DNA of 64,000 nucleotides from positions 101,122,001 to 101,186,000 of the forward strand of contig CM052816.1 of NCBI GenBank assembly GCA_028534125.1, given 5' to 3'. Origin of the DNA: Lama glama. Its lineage: Eukaryota. Shown one piece after another: positions 13,408-26,274 of the stretch (position 1 is the stretch's first letter; every line of letters begins with the position of its first letter). The notes under the pieces are model-generated. The model saw only the letters and a list, made by a program, of their open reading frames with translations. It was not told the origin of the DNA and did no database searches. The position numbers and the translations under genes were made by a program.

Positions 13408-13501
13408 CGGTAATGCTGTCATATATATGTGTATATATATATAAAACATTTTTATTGAGTTATAGTCATTTTACAATGTTGTGTTGGACGGTAATGCTGT
13501 C
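13408..13501 (-). mobile_element. Severely 5'-truncated young L1 insertion with 13-bp target-site duplication
   Basis: Perfect direct repeat cggtaatgctgtc (13408-13420 and 13489-13501) flanking a (TA)n tract plus tttttattgagttatagtcattttacaatgttgtgt, which resembles an antisense camelid L1 3' terminus with AATAAA. Confidence 0.8.
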
Positions 13502-14058
13502 TTGACCTGGGAGGTCTGAGGACAAGGTGCCAGGTGCTGTTCACCTGCTCCCCTGCAGCATCTGGAAGAGGTGCGAGTCCACGGCTGTCACAGAGCAAGA
13601 GCCAAGCAGGGACCCAGAAGCCATGGCGCCCCCTTTCTTGACCTTTCCACCTCGGAGCGCCTGCCCACAGGCTTGGACGAGTCAGGCTCCAGGCGTCAGG
13701 GGCCATTGGAGGCCGCACAGAAGGCTAGAGAACTGTCCTGGCTGGCTCGCATCTCTGATGGTCCTTCGTACATCCTTGGGGGGAGGGCGGCCCGGGGGAA
13801 GGGCTGGTGAGGCGCGTTCCCGGCAGGGCGTAGGGACAGTTACCTGCAGGGATGCAGAGGGAGAGGGGAGGCACCGCCCTCAGCCACCAGTGCAGGGGCC
13901 TGGGTTGAGCACTTGTGCGCACCTCAGTGACTCCTCTACAGGACACTCAGGCCATCTGGAAGCTTTCCCGAGGCCTGCCCGCCGCCACTGACCCTCGACC
14001 CCTGAGACCTGCCTCCCATGGCTCACTCGAAAGCCTCCTTGTCAGTTTCCTCACAATC

Positions 14059-14440
14059 TGTGTCATGGGTTGAACTGTGTCCATGTACATTCATGGTGGA
14101 AGTCCTACCTCCCAGCATCTATGAATATGGCCTTGTTGGAGATGGGGCCTCACAGAGGTAATCAAGTCAAGGTGGGGTCATGAGAGTGAGCACTGACCCA
14201 GCAGGACCCGTGTCCTCAGAGGAAGAATGACACGTGAACAGAAAGGCACAGGGAACAGTGATGGTGCGAAGACGCAGCGGGGAGACGGCCGTCCACATGC
14301 CCAGGAGAGAGGCCTGGAGCAGAGGGGACCAGCCTCCAACACCTGACCTTGGACTTCCAGCCTCCAGAACCGGGAGTCCACAGACATCCAGGGTTTCAGG
14401 CACCCGTCTGAGGCAGTTGGTTACGGCCACCACGCACACT
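14059..14440 (+). mobile_element. ERVL-MaLR solo LTR (MLT1B/C-like)
   Basis: tgtcatgggttgaactgtgtcc ... gaggtaatcaagtcaaggtggggtcat ... ccttggacttccagcctccagaac, typical MLT1 blocks. Confidence 0.85.
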
Positions 14441-15029
14441 GATCACCTCTGACAGGTGCCCTCGGGTGGGCGCCCGGCCGGTGCTAACAGGTGCTCACGC
14501 TTCTGCTGCCAAGGGCAGGGGCCAGGTGCCCAGACCTGTGTTTCTGGAGGGAAACCACAGGTGGAGCCCAAACCCTGCCGCTGGCCACCTGGACCTGTCA
14601 CTGTGGCCTCCCAGGTCCAACAGCTGGTGAAATGGGAGCCGGGCAGACAGGGGAGCCTGGAGGAGCACGCCCCACTCCAGCCAAGAAGGAGGGGCACCTG
14701 GGCTGGCCTGAGGTCACCGCTGGCCTGAGACCATCATAGCAGACTGGGGGCCGAGCTGGAGGCAGGAGCTCCTCCCAGGCAGGTCCGCAGGCAGGGGAAG
14801 TGGCCCAGGCAAAGGGGACGGGGACGGGGGACAGGCCGGTGGGCTTGAAGAAGCAGCCCACGCAGGCAGGAGTGGGTGGCGCTGGCAGGCCAGGGGCCGG
14901 TTCCCAGGCACGCCCGGCCTGTCGGTTCTAGTTAACCACGCAGGGCGGCTCTGGCCTTGACGCGAACTTCCGGGTGTGTCTTGTGGCCTCCCGGCCAGTT
15001 TCCCCAAATGGTTCGTTTCTCTAGAGTCA

Positions 15030-15355
15030 GGATCTCCCCAAGCAGAAAGCAGAACTCTTTCCTAACAGATTTAAGAACCATGAAAAGAAGATGAAAACGT
15101 CCATGAAAGACGACTACATTTAACCACGTCCGAGTGATCAGAACAGTGTGGGGGACAGAAGGAAGGAAAACCAAACGAGAGACTGAGACAGGACCACGCT
15201 GGGCGCGCTGGAGGGGTGATGTCTGTTTTCTTAAGCTCCTACAAGTCAACGAGGAAAAGACGAAAGCTCAGGGGAAAGTGTGAACACGTACCTCCAAGGC
15301 AGGAAAAGCAAGTGGCCCAAAGCATGTGACACGTTGCTGGACTTCGCGGTCAGGC
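15030..15355 (+). mobile_element. Degraded L1 ORF2 3' fragment
   Basis: A-rich sense strand with agctcctacaagtcaacgaggaaaagac and aagtggcccaaagcatgtgacacgttgct. Confidence 0.55.
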
Positions 15356-16899
15356 GGGCACACACGAGGGGGCATCTCCAGGGACGGCGGGGCCCGGAAC
15401 ATGAGCCCTCGCTGCAGCTGCCGCTTCCCTGGGGATGAGGTGGGCATGTCTGTGGTTGGAGGCCCCGCAGCCCAACGGAGAGAGCCCCCGACTGTGCCCA
15501 CAGCCTCTCTGAAGCCCCTCTTAGCCCCCATCATGCCCCACTCCTGCAACCGCGCAGGACGCACGTGACCCAGGCAGAGCCCCTCCGGTGGGAAAGGTCT
15601 GGAACTTTCTCTGAAAAGGGAGCTGGGGCTGCCCGTAGAGGGAGGGACCTGCTGGTATTCATGCATCTTGGGGCCTGTGGGCGGGGCGCACTGGGACGCT
15701 CAGGAGCTGCCCAGGCACAAACACCTATGCAGGTACAGGAACCCGGCCTCCAAGAAGGTCCAGAGGCAGAGGAGGACTTCACCTCGGTGGCCGCAGCCCA
15801 AGGCGTGGCGCCGGCCTCAGTGCTGCTTGGCCGCTGAGGCACGGGCCCAACCTCGGCCCGACCTCCCGAGCGTCCTGCTTCCCTGGGACCTTCTCACACC
15901 ACCCCCTGCAGAGTCTCCTGCTGAAACGTCGGGACAGGCCACTGGTCTGGGACGATGTGCTGAGAGGCCGCCCCGAGGTCACAAGGCTGAGGGAGAAGGC
16001 CCCCAAAGAGCCTCTCTGGGGCCCCGGGGCAGAGCGGGACCGCCATCCTCTTCACCCCGTAAGTTAGGGCCTGCCCGCATCCCGTTTTTCAGTCTTCCCA
16101 CCGGCAGCATCAGACTCCTACGAGGAGCTGCGGGAGGCGCCCCAGAGGCCCGTGGCCGGGCGAGGAGGCAGGCGTCCTGCAGGACAGCCACGTGCCAGGC
16201 CTTAGCCGGGGCAGGGGGACCACGCTGCAGTAATGGCAAGGGTCCCTGTCTCACCACGTCACTGCTGGGCACAGGCCAGGGGCCAGGGGCCTCCCCACCC
16301 AACCCCGGAGCCTGTGGCCTCCAGGTCACAGAGCAGAGGCAGGAGATGAAGGTGGCGCTCCAGGAGCCTTGTGTCCCAGGTCACGCAGAACTGCTGACAC
16401 AGTCCTCTCCTCCCCGCGGCAGGCCTGGCAGGTGTGTGAGCACAGACAGTCCCGGCCGAGGGGCCTGGACCAGCCTGGGAGTAAGGCCGCAGGTGGCGGA
16501 AACTGCTTCCCTGAGAGGGCAGGGGACTTGGGGACCGGCCTGGTTGGGGACTTCAGAGGAGGCCAAGGGGTACTGAATGTCCTGGGCGCTGGTGGACGTG
16601 GGTGGGGAGTGGAGGCCCAGTGAGCTCCCTCCACCAGAGCACCTGCCTGCTCGTGGGGCGATTTGCACCTCACTCCTGCTCACCTCACCACAGCCTTGGC
16701 GGCCCTGCCCTTTGCTCTGCGGGTGAGGACGTGACCCTGCACGGCCAGTTCCTCCCAGAGCCCGGACCTGAGGCAGGTCCATCCCGGCCATTTGCGGCGT
16801 GGGCTCCCTGTCGTCCAAGAAACAGATTTAGAAGTGGCCGCTGAACCGTGTGAAGAGGGAGTGTGTCTGCAGGGCCCCTGGGGAAGCGGGGCATGGAGA

Positions 16900-17311
16900 T
16901 GAGTCCGCGTCCTGAGGTTCATTGTGAGGAACTGACCCACGTGATTACGGAGCTGGCTAGTCCCAGGCTCAGCGGGCAGCATGCTGGAGGCCGGGGGAGC
17001 TGCTGGAGTGAGCACCAGCCCGAAGGCCACCAGCTGAGACCTGGGAAGGCCTGAAGTTTCAGTTCAAGTCCAAAGGCTGCAAAAGACCAACGCCCCAGCT
17101 CAGACCGTCAAGGAGGGGTGTGCCTCCTACTTTCTGTCCTCTTTAGGCCTTCAACTGATCGGATGAGGCCCACCACACTGGGGAGGGCCGTCTGCTTCTC
17201 CGTCCACTGATTCAAACACTCATCATATCCAGACACACCCAGAAGTGCGTTTGGCCAGGCGGCTGGGCACCCCAGGGCCCAGCCAAGTTGGCACATAAAA
17301 TCTGCCAACAC
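16900..17311 (-). mobile_element. ERVL LTR (MLT2-like)
   Basis: ggccttcaactgatcggatgaggcccaccacactggggagggc ... cccagccaagttggcacataaaatctgccaacaca, the MLT2 terminus in antisense. Confidence 0.85.
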
Positions 17312-17692
17312 AGGGGGCTTCTCTTCCCTCTTCCAGTGCAGATTTCTAAATGGTTTTTATGAAAAAACACCTCTCAACTAACAGAGGAATTGTCCTCCTA
17401 AACAGGGTCTTTCATGACTCTGGGGTGACTGCGACGAAGAGACCGTGTCCCCGCTCCGTGCTGAATAGCAGTCTCCACTCCCTCACGAAACGCGAACACC
17501 GAGCAGAAAGCCTGGGGGTTACTGGTGGTGCCGCTGGGCACCCTCCCCGAGGCGGGCGGCGGGTCAGGAGGGCGGCGGGGGCCACCACGAGGTGTGGGGC
17601 CGGGAGGAGGTGGGTCTCAACTCGCCTACACACCCGCCTCTTGGTTGAATCAGCTGTTTGTTGTGAAAAATAACCTCCCTAAGAAATTCTTC

Positions 17693-18122
17693 TGTGAAAT
17701 AAAACTTGGATTTTTGTGGCAAGACGTGAAAAATTTAAACACAGAAAAAATTTCTCTGTCCCTTTCGGCCTCCCCTCCCCACCCTGCACATCGCGAGTCT
17801 GTGTCTCACATGGACACACGCCACGAGGTCCAGCGTTCTCCCGGCACCAGCAGGGCCACTCCTTCGCGGGTAACACTCCGCCCTGATGTTGGGAGGGGCT
17901 GCGACGCCCCCCCGCTGCACTTGCAGACCTGCGCTGTGCAGACGGTCTACGCCATTTGACGCCCAGCCCTCCATCCAAAGCCTGGATGGCTGTGCATTGA
18001 CCTCGCGACGGCACAGCAGTTCCTGGAGCTTCCTGAGCGGCGGTTCCCAGGCGAGAATCCTCAATCTGACTGGAGTAAAACTCTCAGTTTCTCTCCTAAG
18101 TGGACCGATTCTTCCTCTTACG
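17693..18122 (+). mobile_element. ERV1-like solo LTR, copy A
   Basis: Begins TGTGAAATAAAA..gcaagacgtgaaaaatttaaacac..ctctgtccctttcggcctcccc and ends aatcctcaatctgactggagtaaaactctc...; aligns at both ends with copies at 33102-33512 and 36966-37401; 4-bp flanks cttc/cttg. Confidence 0.8.
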
Positions 18123-18189
18123 CTTGCCTTGACCATTTCCTACCATTTTCATGGCTGTTCTGCTAGAAGAGATTGTATTTGTTCTTCTG

Positions 18190-19135
18190 GTGCCATTTAT
18201 TTAGTAAATAAAGAAAGTAAAATTATATAAGGACAACGAAGTCTAATAGAAATGTCCACAATCAGCATTTACTGTCATTATACAAGACAACTCAGCTGCA
18301 GTGCATCAGTCAAAGGGGCAGAAAACCTGGGCCAGGCCGCGGAAGCTGCCCGGCTGAGAGCTGGTCAGGTGGGGCCGTCCGCGGCCCGGGCCCCGTCTCT
18401 CTCCCCGTCCTCTCCCACGAGCCGCCTTGAAAGTCTGTTCTGAACAGAAGACACTGAGTCTGGCTTCCAGGGATGAACGACTAAAGGTCAGACGCTGCAC
18501 GAAAACGGGGCTGCAGGAGGCAGAACCCTCTCCAAGACGTTCAGCCAAAGCGTGTTTTGTGCCAGCAAAACCCTGAACAGGACGGTGCGGCAAGAGCCAG
18601 CTGGTCACAAAACCCAAGCGGCCAGCACGCGGGGGGTCCAAACACAAGGAGGTAGGCAAACAAACGTAAGGAGGAGCCGAGCTGCTGGTCGCGGCAGGGA
18701 TGGGCAACCCCCCCCCACTGCCTCCCGGGGTCACCGAAGGGCCTCGAGGATCAGGAACGCTGACTGTGAGCCCCTCAACCACTGAAACTCCAGAGACAGG
18801 GGACCAGAGGACAGGGTGTGGGCCTCAAACTACAAAGCCGCATGGCAACGCCTCAGGCTGACCTCAGTGGGTGGCCACTCAGTGTGGGAGTCAGCTCCTC
18901 GGTCCTTGCAGAGAGGACACGCGGGGCGGAGGGCGTAGCTTGGGGATAGAGCACGCGCTTAGCATGCACGAGGTCCCGTGTTCAATCCCCAGCACCTCCA
19001 TTACATAAAATCTCCAAAGAGGGACATGCAGGCGGCCAGCAGCCCTGTGGGAAGGTGATCCACATCGCTGACCGTCAGGGAAATGCAAAAGAAAACCACA
19101 GTGACAGTCACCTCAGCCCGTCAGAACGGCTGAAG
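18190..19135 (+). mobile_element. Fragmented old L1 ORF2 remnants, interrupted by a SINE
   Basis: catcgctgaccgtcagggaaatgcaaaagaaaaccacagtgac...cacctcagcccgtcagaacggct matches the L1 ORF2 C-terminal region. Confidence 0.55.
18923..19015 (+). mobile_element. tRNA-derived SINE (camelid Vic-1-like)
   Basis: gggcgtagcttggggatagagcacgcgcttagcatgcacgaggtcccgtgttcaatccccagcacctcca with degenerate A/B boxes; degenerate TSD agaggacacgc / agggacatgc. Confidence 0.88.
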
Positions 19136-20061
19136 TCTGGGCTCTTGGGCGTCTTCCCTCTGACCTGCTCCGCCCCCGGGCCACGTCTGCCATGTCACCT
19201 TCTGGGATCCCCCTCCTCTGCTCACCACGGACCCAGGATGAGGGTGGTCGGGCTGCCGGGCTTAGAGCTGCGTCCAGCAGGCAAGCGTCAGTCAGCGCCG
19301 GCAGAGCGTCCGACGGTCAGGACTGAGGATGCGCTTCTTTTCATAAATTCGCATAACAGCCTCTGGGGCATGAGGACTATCACCTCGGATTTGCACACTG
19401 AGGTTTGTCTGAAATGCTTGGAGCCCTTTACGGGCTTCTCACAAAGGAAGGGGTTCTGCTTCAGGACACACAGGGACCATCTCTGGAGAAGTCTTGCCAA
19501 GAAGGTCTATGGGGAGAGCTGAGACAGCAGGACGGGGGCCCGACGGCCATCAGTCCAGACCGGCCTGAGGTCCCAGAACCGGGGGAGGGGGTTTAAACAC
19601 CAGGAGGGCCAGGGAGGGGGTACGAGCGCGGACAGCCTGGCTGAGCCCCTGCGGGGGTGGAGAGGGCAGGGCAGGGCTGGGCACCCTGCCGAGGCTCCAT
19701 TTCCCTTACAGCTTAAAGCACAGGTCCTCCCCGCCCCCCGCCCCGCGACTCTGACCGTAACACGTCAGCGAAAATTCTGAAAGAATTTGAAACAGCAGAT
19801 GCCACACTCCTGTGCCCTAACCCTGCGTACTCTGCCCCTTTCTTTGTTCTGGAATAGTTTTGCAGCTCCGTGGGCGTGGAAAACCGACAGCAATGCAGAC
19901 AGGCGTGTCTGGGGAGGGCGCACCTGGTAGCTGGATACTGGCCGGGTTTTCCTCTTGTGATGAATCCCGGCATTCCTGACTGAATTCTCCCTTGAACCAG
20001 CCTTTAACACCTTAAGGTTTTTAAACTCTACACGGTTTAAAACCCATGTCTTTAAAAGAAA

Positions 20062-20401
20062 TTAATTGAAGTGCAGTTGATTTGCAATGTCAGCTTCAGG
20101 CGCAAGCAAAGTGGTTCAGTTACACATAGACTCACGTGTGTATTTTTCGGGTTCTTTCCCATTATGTGTCGTTACAAGGTGTTGGGTGCAGTTCCCCGCG
20201 CTGCACAGCAGGCCCCTGTTGTTTATCTGTTTTATACACAGTAGTGTGTGTCTGCTAATCCCAAACTCCTAACCTAACCCTCCCCGCCCTCTCCCCTGTG
20301 GTGACCATAGCTTGTTTCCTATGGCTGTGGGCCTGTTTCTGGTTTGTAAATAGAAGTTATATCTTTCTTTTTAGATTCCACATGTAAGTGATATCGTATG
20401 A
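20062..20401 (-). mobile_element. L1 3' UTR fragment (artiodactyl-type)
   Basis: ttgaagtgcagttgatttgcaatgt ... ctaatcccaaactcctaa ... ttttagattccacatgtaagtgatatc; homologous to 56101-56348 and 42369-42690. Confidence 0.9.
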
Positions 20402-21799
20402 AATTTGCCTTTTTAAATATCCTTTAAATGATTCTTTAAACGTATCTTTTAACATGCCCTTTACTGCACACAGTTCTGGACAAATTAGAACCAAGACGAG
20501 GCAGTGACAGCCTGCCAAGCCCCTGACAAAGGCGGGGTTGAAGGAAGAAGCCTAGAGGGGTGAGAACCTGGGCTTCCGAACGTCGGACGCGGCAGCCAAG
20601 CCCTGCCTGGTTAACCATACCTGTGCTGACCCAGCAGCCCCCCAGGAGCGGGGTCTGGGGCTCCACTTCCCGAGAAGACCCCCCACCCAGAGCAGACAGC
20701 GCGGAGCCGAGGTGGGTGTCCTTTCCCATCCCACCTGCCGGCCACGCCCCTCCCGGCCCCCCCGGAGGGAGCCCCATCCCCGGGGCCCCATCCCCCGGAG
20801 CCTGGCACGGGGGACGTTCCCTGCGGACGTGAGAGTTGCCCCCCTAACCCCCAGCAGTGGAGGGGAGAGGAGGACAGACGGACACTTGGGGGTGGGGACT
20901 CGCCTAACTGTCCGACTGAGAGTGGGGAGGCCACTGCGTTCGGTGGGCGGGGCCAGGCTCTGCTAACCGCTGCCCAGGATGCAGGTTTGGTCCCTCAAGA
21001 TCCGCTGGGAGCCAGTCTCACGCAGGAAGGCCCAGGCCTAGGTCTTGCTCGGGTGGAACGCCCTTTGGTCTGCCTCCTCGGTGGGGGCAAGACTCACAAT
21101 GACAGAAGCCGGGGGTAGCTAACAGGGACTTGGTCCCCCAAGGCCGACATGTGTGCCTGGGACCCTCCGCTTCCTGCAGGGACGCTGCCCAGGTCGGGGT
21201 GGGGACCACACCGGACGTGGAAGACGCGCCGGCACAGGCACGACACCAGTGCAGCCGCCTGTCCTTCTCCTAATGGTCAAGGCACGGCCGGACGAGTCGG
21301 GGGCCTGCAGGGCCGGTCCCCCATCAGCTGCGCTGAACAGCCGCAAGGAGCTTAGCCTCTCTGGGACTGGTCCTCAGAGCCCGGACTCCTGCCAGGCAGA
21401 AGGGACATGCCCACGCTCCCCGCCCTCCCGAGGGCCTGCAGGAGAGCTCAGTGCCAGGGGAGGCATGTGAGCCCAGCCCAGTGCCCACCTAGCATCCTCC
21501 CGCCTCTTCCCCAAGAGGGGCCCTTGAAGTCCCCTGTCACGTGCAGGGGACCGGCTCCCACTTGGAGCCAAACCTGGGCGTGGTCCGTCCCCACAGTCAG
21601 GCACACGACCTCGGCAGCCCATCTGACACGGCCAACCCCACAGGGCATGGGGCTCCAGGCAGCTTCCTTAGCGGGAAGGCCGCTCAGACTGAATCCGCAG
21701 CAGGCCAGCTACGCGGGACAGGGCGGGAGCGCTGGGCGCTGAGTGCCCTGGACACACAGGCTCTGGCTGCCGAAGAACTCCGAGTCTTCAGGTTGTTGC

Positions 21800-22103
21800 A
21801 AGTCCATTCGGACCGCTACCACAAAGCGCCACAGAGGTTCTGGGGGCTGGAGGTCCAAGGTCAGGGTGCCAAACTGGCTGTCTGGGGCCCTCTCCTGAGA
21901 TGAGGACTTCCGGCTGGGTCCTCACATGGCAGAAAGGTCATGGGCGCTCCGTGAGCCTCTCTTGTGTGACTAGTCCCATCCTTAGGGCCCCACCCACACG
22001 ACCCCCTCACCTCCCAAAGGCTCTGCCTCCAGACACCGTCACTCTGGGCCCCAGGTTTCAAAAATGAGTTTTGAAGGGACACAAGCAGTCAGAGTCACCA
22101 GCA
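21800..22103 (-). mobile_element. ERVL-MaLR LTR (MLT1A-like)
   Basis: ttctgggggctggaggtccaaggtcagggtgcc ... tcctcacatggcagaa ... cacctcccaaaggc ... tttgaagggacacaa. Confidence 0.8.
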
Positions 22104-22369
22104 GTGGAAGAAAGGCCAGGTCCCCGAGGGCCCCAGCCCCCCAGCCCGGCACTTTCCCACCAGGGAGCTGGCCTCTGGGCAGACGCGGGCCCACGGCTGC
22201 AGAGGGTGGGGGTGAGGAGAAACAGGGGCCCTCCACTGAGCCGGCTGGGGAGCCAGAGGGACTTCTGTCGGGGCTGGAAGCTCCCCGCCCTCCTCTGCTG
22301 ACGCGCCGGGCTTGCCGCCCTCGGTCCCGGCCTCCCAGAGCCCCGCGGCCCCGAGCCCTCCAAGCAGCT

Positions 22370-22800
22370 TCCTTATTTCCCTCCCTTTGTTTCTCTCATT
22401 CACTTTGGATGTTTCCTCCTGGCCTGTTTTCCAGTTCAGAATTCTCTTTTCAGCTACATTTAAATTCTTGTTAAACCCACTCATGCAGCTTTTAAATCTT
22501 GCTTATTAACTGTTCTTTTTAGTTTTTGAATTTCCTTGTTGGGATTTTTAATTCTCTGCTGAAATTCCTAAGTAGTCTTTTGGTCTTTTCATCCTGAACA
22601 AGGCCGTGAAGGTCATTCTGAGAAACGCCTGTGGGAAGCCCTGTGCCTGGAGCACTCGTGCTGATGCTCCACGGTGTCGCTTCTCCTGCTCACACACGCT
22701 GCCGCCTCTCCGTGCGGCCCTGGCTGCTTCTTTATTTTCTGCCTGACGTACTGTTTGCAGTGATTTGGGAGGAAGATTTGAGACCAGGACGGCGTCGTGC
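22370..22800 (-). mobile_element. Ancient L1 (L1ME-like) 5'/ORF1 fragment
   Basis: T-rich tract ttccagttcagaattctcttttcagct...ttgttaaacccactcat typical of antisense L1M 5' regions. Confidence 0.55.
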
Positions 22801-24520
22801 TCCTCCAGAGAAAATGTGAGCCTGAAGGTCCAGCAGCTGGCATCTGACGTGATTCGGCTTTGTCCCCACTCACGGCATCCCCGGAGCGACATCGCGGGTG
22901 TGGAGGCTCGGGGCTGCAGGCGGCTCTTCCCGACACTTCGCCGCGGCACACCGACTGCTGCGGGCCCGCAGACGTCAGGTCAGTAGCAAGGCCCCGTGCT
23001 GTCACGCACTGGCGTGAGAAGGCATGTTGGGGACGGCTTAGGTGCACCTGGTGCCTGGCGTGCTGGCGTCACATGGACTGGCCCACTCTCCGTGGTGGGG
23101 CAGCCGCGTTTGGGGGTATCCATGCACCAGAGCGCCAGGCGGAAGTGAGGAAAGCGGGGGGGGGTTCTTGCCCTAAGAAAGGAGCAACCTTGTGGCCAAC
23201 CCGCCCTCCGCACAGGGAGAGAACGCTTCTCTGGGGGAGGTGGGGGCCAGCCCCTGTTGAGCCCACTTGGCTCCACAGTGTTTGACACAGTGTGTGACCC
23301 CGTGTGCCACCAGCCTAATTAAAGACCCTCAGCCCTTGCCTGGGCGAACTCTCCAGGCTTCGTGGACACTTTGGGGGCTGGCAGCTCCCCCTTGCCCGCC
23401 CAGGCTGGTGAGCACTGGGTGGAGGGCCCACCAACAGGGCAAGCCGAGCTTTCCTCACCCGTAAAACCGTCAGAGCCGTCCAGCCTCCGAAGCGTCCCCT
23501 CGTGCCGATGAAGAACTGTCCCTGAGGTGGCACCTGCATGGCCCTCGCAGGGTTCATGCCAGCAGCTGGGACGTCCCGTGAAGGGTCTCCTGAGACACGG
23601 CCACCCCCCTTGACTACAGAGGCAGACTGTCGTTCGTAAAACTGCCTCTGCTTCAAAGGCCCCAAGAGTTTACACACTCTAATTCCTTATTCTTTCTTCT
23701 GATCTTTTTTAGAGGTAATCAGAAGAGCCCACTAGGTTTACAAAGACAGGTGCCCCTTGGAGAAGTACAGAGAATCCAACACAGAGAACCTGTAGGCCGT
23801 CTCAGTGACCGACCGCGACCGCGCGACGAAACGCAGGCAGTGGACCACCCCCCGACCACACTTAGTGCCGGTTAAACTTCACAGACGTCTTAAATGCTTC
23901 GTAAACAGCTTATGTAGCGCTTTTCCCGTGGTCTTGTACATATGGTAATGATTAAGTGAGTGCAAGTAACCGAGAAAATGGGCAGATAATTTAGAAAATG
24001 ATTTGCTACCGTATCAGTTCTTGCTAAAAGGCAATGTTTCTCCTCCCTTCTTTTGAGATGGTCCTGACTTTGCTCGGCCCACCATGCGCTGTGCAGTCAC
24101 ACGGAGCTCTCAGCTGCCCGAGGAGTCAAGGACGCCCCAGCACTGGGGAGAGGGGGTTCTGCCCTGTCCTCCACCCAGCCTGCAGTCCCTGCCCCCCAGA
24201 CAGCTTCACAAAGAAGCCACGTGGCCAGAACTGATTCCTCACTGTCCCCGGAGAGGCCTGAGGACTGTGGCCCACCAGCCCCACACCCTATTCTGCTGGG
24301 CACCGAGGAGGTGAGGTTTCAGGCACGTGTTCAGCCGCCCCCCCATCCCGCCCCGCCTCACTCCTGTCTTCCCAGCTCCTTCCCCCAGGCCCCACCCTGG
24401 CGACTCTTCAGTCCATCCCAACCCCAACTCGCCACCCCTATGGCTGCTTCACCGTTCAGCCTCCTCCCCTGCCCCTGCCAGGAAGGCCCACTGGGGCATT
24501 TGAGGTTCCAGGGCAGCTGT

Positions 24521-24903
24521 GCCAGGACGCCTGTGCAGGACGGTGCCCACATGGCTGGGGCCAGGACAGCTGTGCAGGATGGTGGTCAGGGCAGGGGCCA
24601 GGACACCTGTGCAGGACGGTGCCCACGTGGCTAGGGCCAGGACACCTGTGCAGGACGGTGCCCACGTGGCTGGGGCCAGGACACTTGTGCAGGATGGTGC
24701 CCATGTGGCTGGGGCCAGGACAGCTGTACAGGACGGTGCCCACATGGCTGGGGCCAGGACAGCTTTGCAGGATGGTGGCCAGGGCAGGGGCCAGGACACC
24801 TGTGCAGGACGGTGCCCACATGGCTGGGGCCAGGATGCCTGTGCAGGATGGTGCCCACGTGGCTGGGGCCAGGACAGCTGTACAGGATGGTGGCCAGGGC
24901 AGG
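24521..24903. repeat. Minisatellite (VNTR), 10 units of 39-bp (A) and 37-bp (B) variants
   Basis: A = gccaggacacctgtgcaggacggtgcccacgtggctggg; B = gccaggacagctgtgcaggatggtggccagggcaggg; order A-B-A-A-A-A-B-A-A-B. Confidence 0.95.
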
Positions 24904-26274
24904 AGCCTGGGACACCCAGTCACAGCGACCTGAGGCTGCAGGGTCGTGTTCACACCGGTTTCAAGGGTCAGCCCTACCCGTGTGGGGTGATTTCAGGGCC
25001 TGAATATGGGGCGAGGATATTACAGGTGCCCCCCGAGGAGGATGCAGATCGTAGCTGTGGTTCCATTTTGTGGAGTTTGAACTCAGGCAGACTACCTTCG
25101 GTGATGGCGTTGCAGGAGCTCTGCCCCCACGGGTGGTGTTTCCCGGGGCGAGGGGGGCATCTGTGTCTGCCACTGTGTGACTGCAGGCCTGGGCTCTGTG
25201 GGTGGCTGCGCATCCACATGACATGAGATTGGAACACACAGCCTGGTAAACGTCATCACGGTGCCTGGAAGTCAAGGGCCGGGGCGCCAAGACAGGAACA
25301 CATGGACCTTTGGGCAGCATGAGGAGGGGTTCATTCGAGCCAGGGAGACTGGACACCAGGCTGTGAGCTCAGCCACCCTCTAGGCAAATGGCCTTTAGGG
25401 AGGCCACGTTGGGAGGCCCTGAGACCACCCAGAGGGAGCGAGGGGCTGGCCAGCCGCCAGCTGCTCCACATTCTGACACCCCATCTTGCAGCTCAGCCAA
25501 CACCCGACCCCACCCAAGACCCTTCCAGGAAAACCCAGAACCTTCTGGAATTCCAGACCCAAAATCCACAAGCGCCAAGATAGGTTGTTAAAGCCCCAGG
25601 TCTAACACGACTGACACGGCTGAGTGAAACCCAAGTGCATTCATGGCGTCTTCTGTTGTGAGAAGCATCATGAGGCTGCTCTGGATCCAGTCAGGGCCCA
25701 GCGAGGCCGTCCCTACAGCTCAGAGGGGAAGAACGCCTCCCACACCTGTCAGACAGGTGTCGGCGGTGACGGAAATGAGCGGCCTGGGAGCCTCAGAAGC
25801 TGCCTGCAGACCCCCCGCTCTCAGTCGGGGGCTCCTGGCTCAGCCGTCTCACCCAAGATCAGTGCGCTCGGGAAGCAGCCCAGGTGCCCCGGCTGAGCCA
25901 GGACCCCGAGGGGCAGGCGGCAGGCACAGCCCGAGCTCACATCGAGGACAGGGACAGGGAGGGACAGGGACGGAAGTGAGACCGCAATGGGTCACGGGGA
26001 GGCGGGGCTCCTGAGCCCAGAGCAGAGGGTCAGAGGAGACCCGGGGACGGGCCTGGCCAGCGGGCGGTGGGGGTGGGGGACGGGCCGCAGCTCCCTGAAT
26101 TTGGCGTGTGGTTCTGAGGACCCCAGAGTGCTGCCCGCACGCCCATGTGTCGCTGCAGGTGAGGGCCCCAGGCTAAGTGAGCACAGGACCGTGGGGCTCA
26201 CCCTGCCTGGGGGGGCCGCTGGCTGTCCTGAGTGGTCACCTTCCTGGGGCTGGCAGGCTCCCTGCAGGAGGAGG

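Noticed and set aside
24521-24903. Regularly spaced repeats as a CRISPR array, or as a repeat protein (RTPVQDGAHVAGA)n
   Set aside because: Units are head-to-tail with no unique spacers, the context is mammalian, no cas genes are present, and the 37-bp units break the frame.
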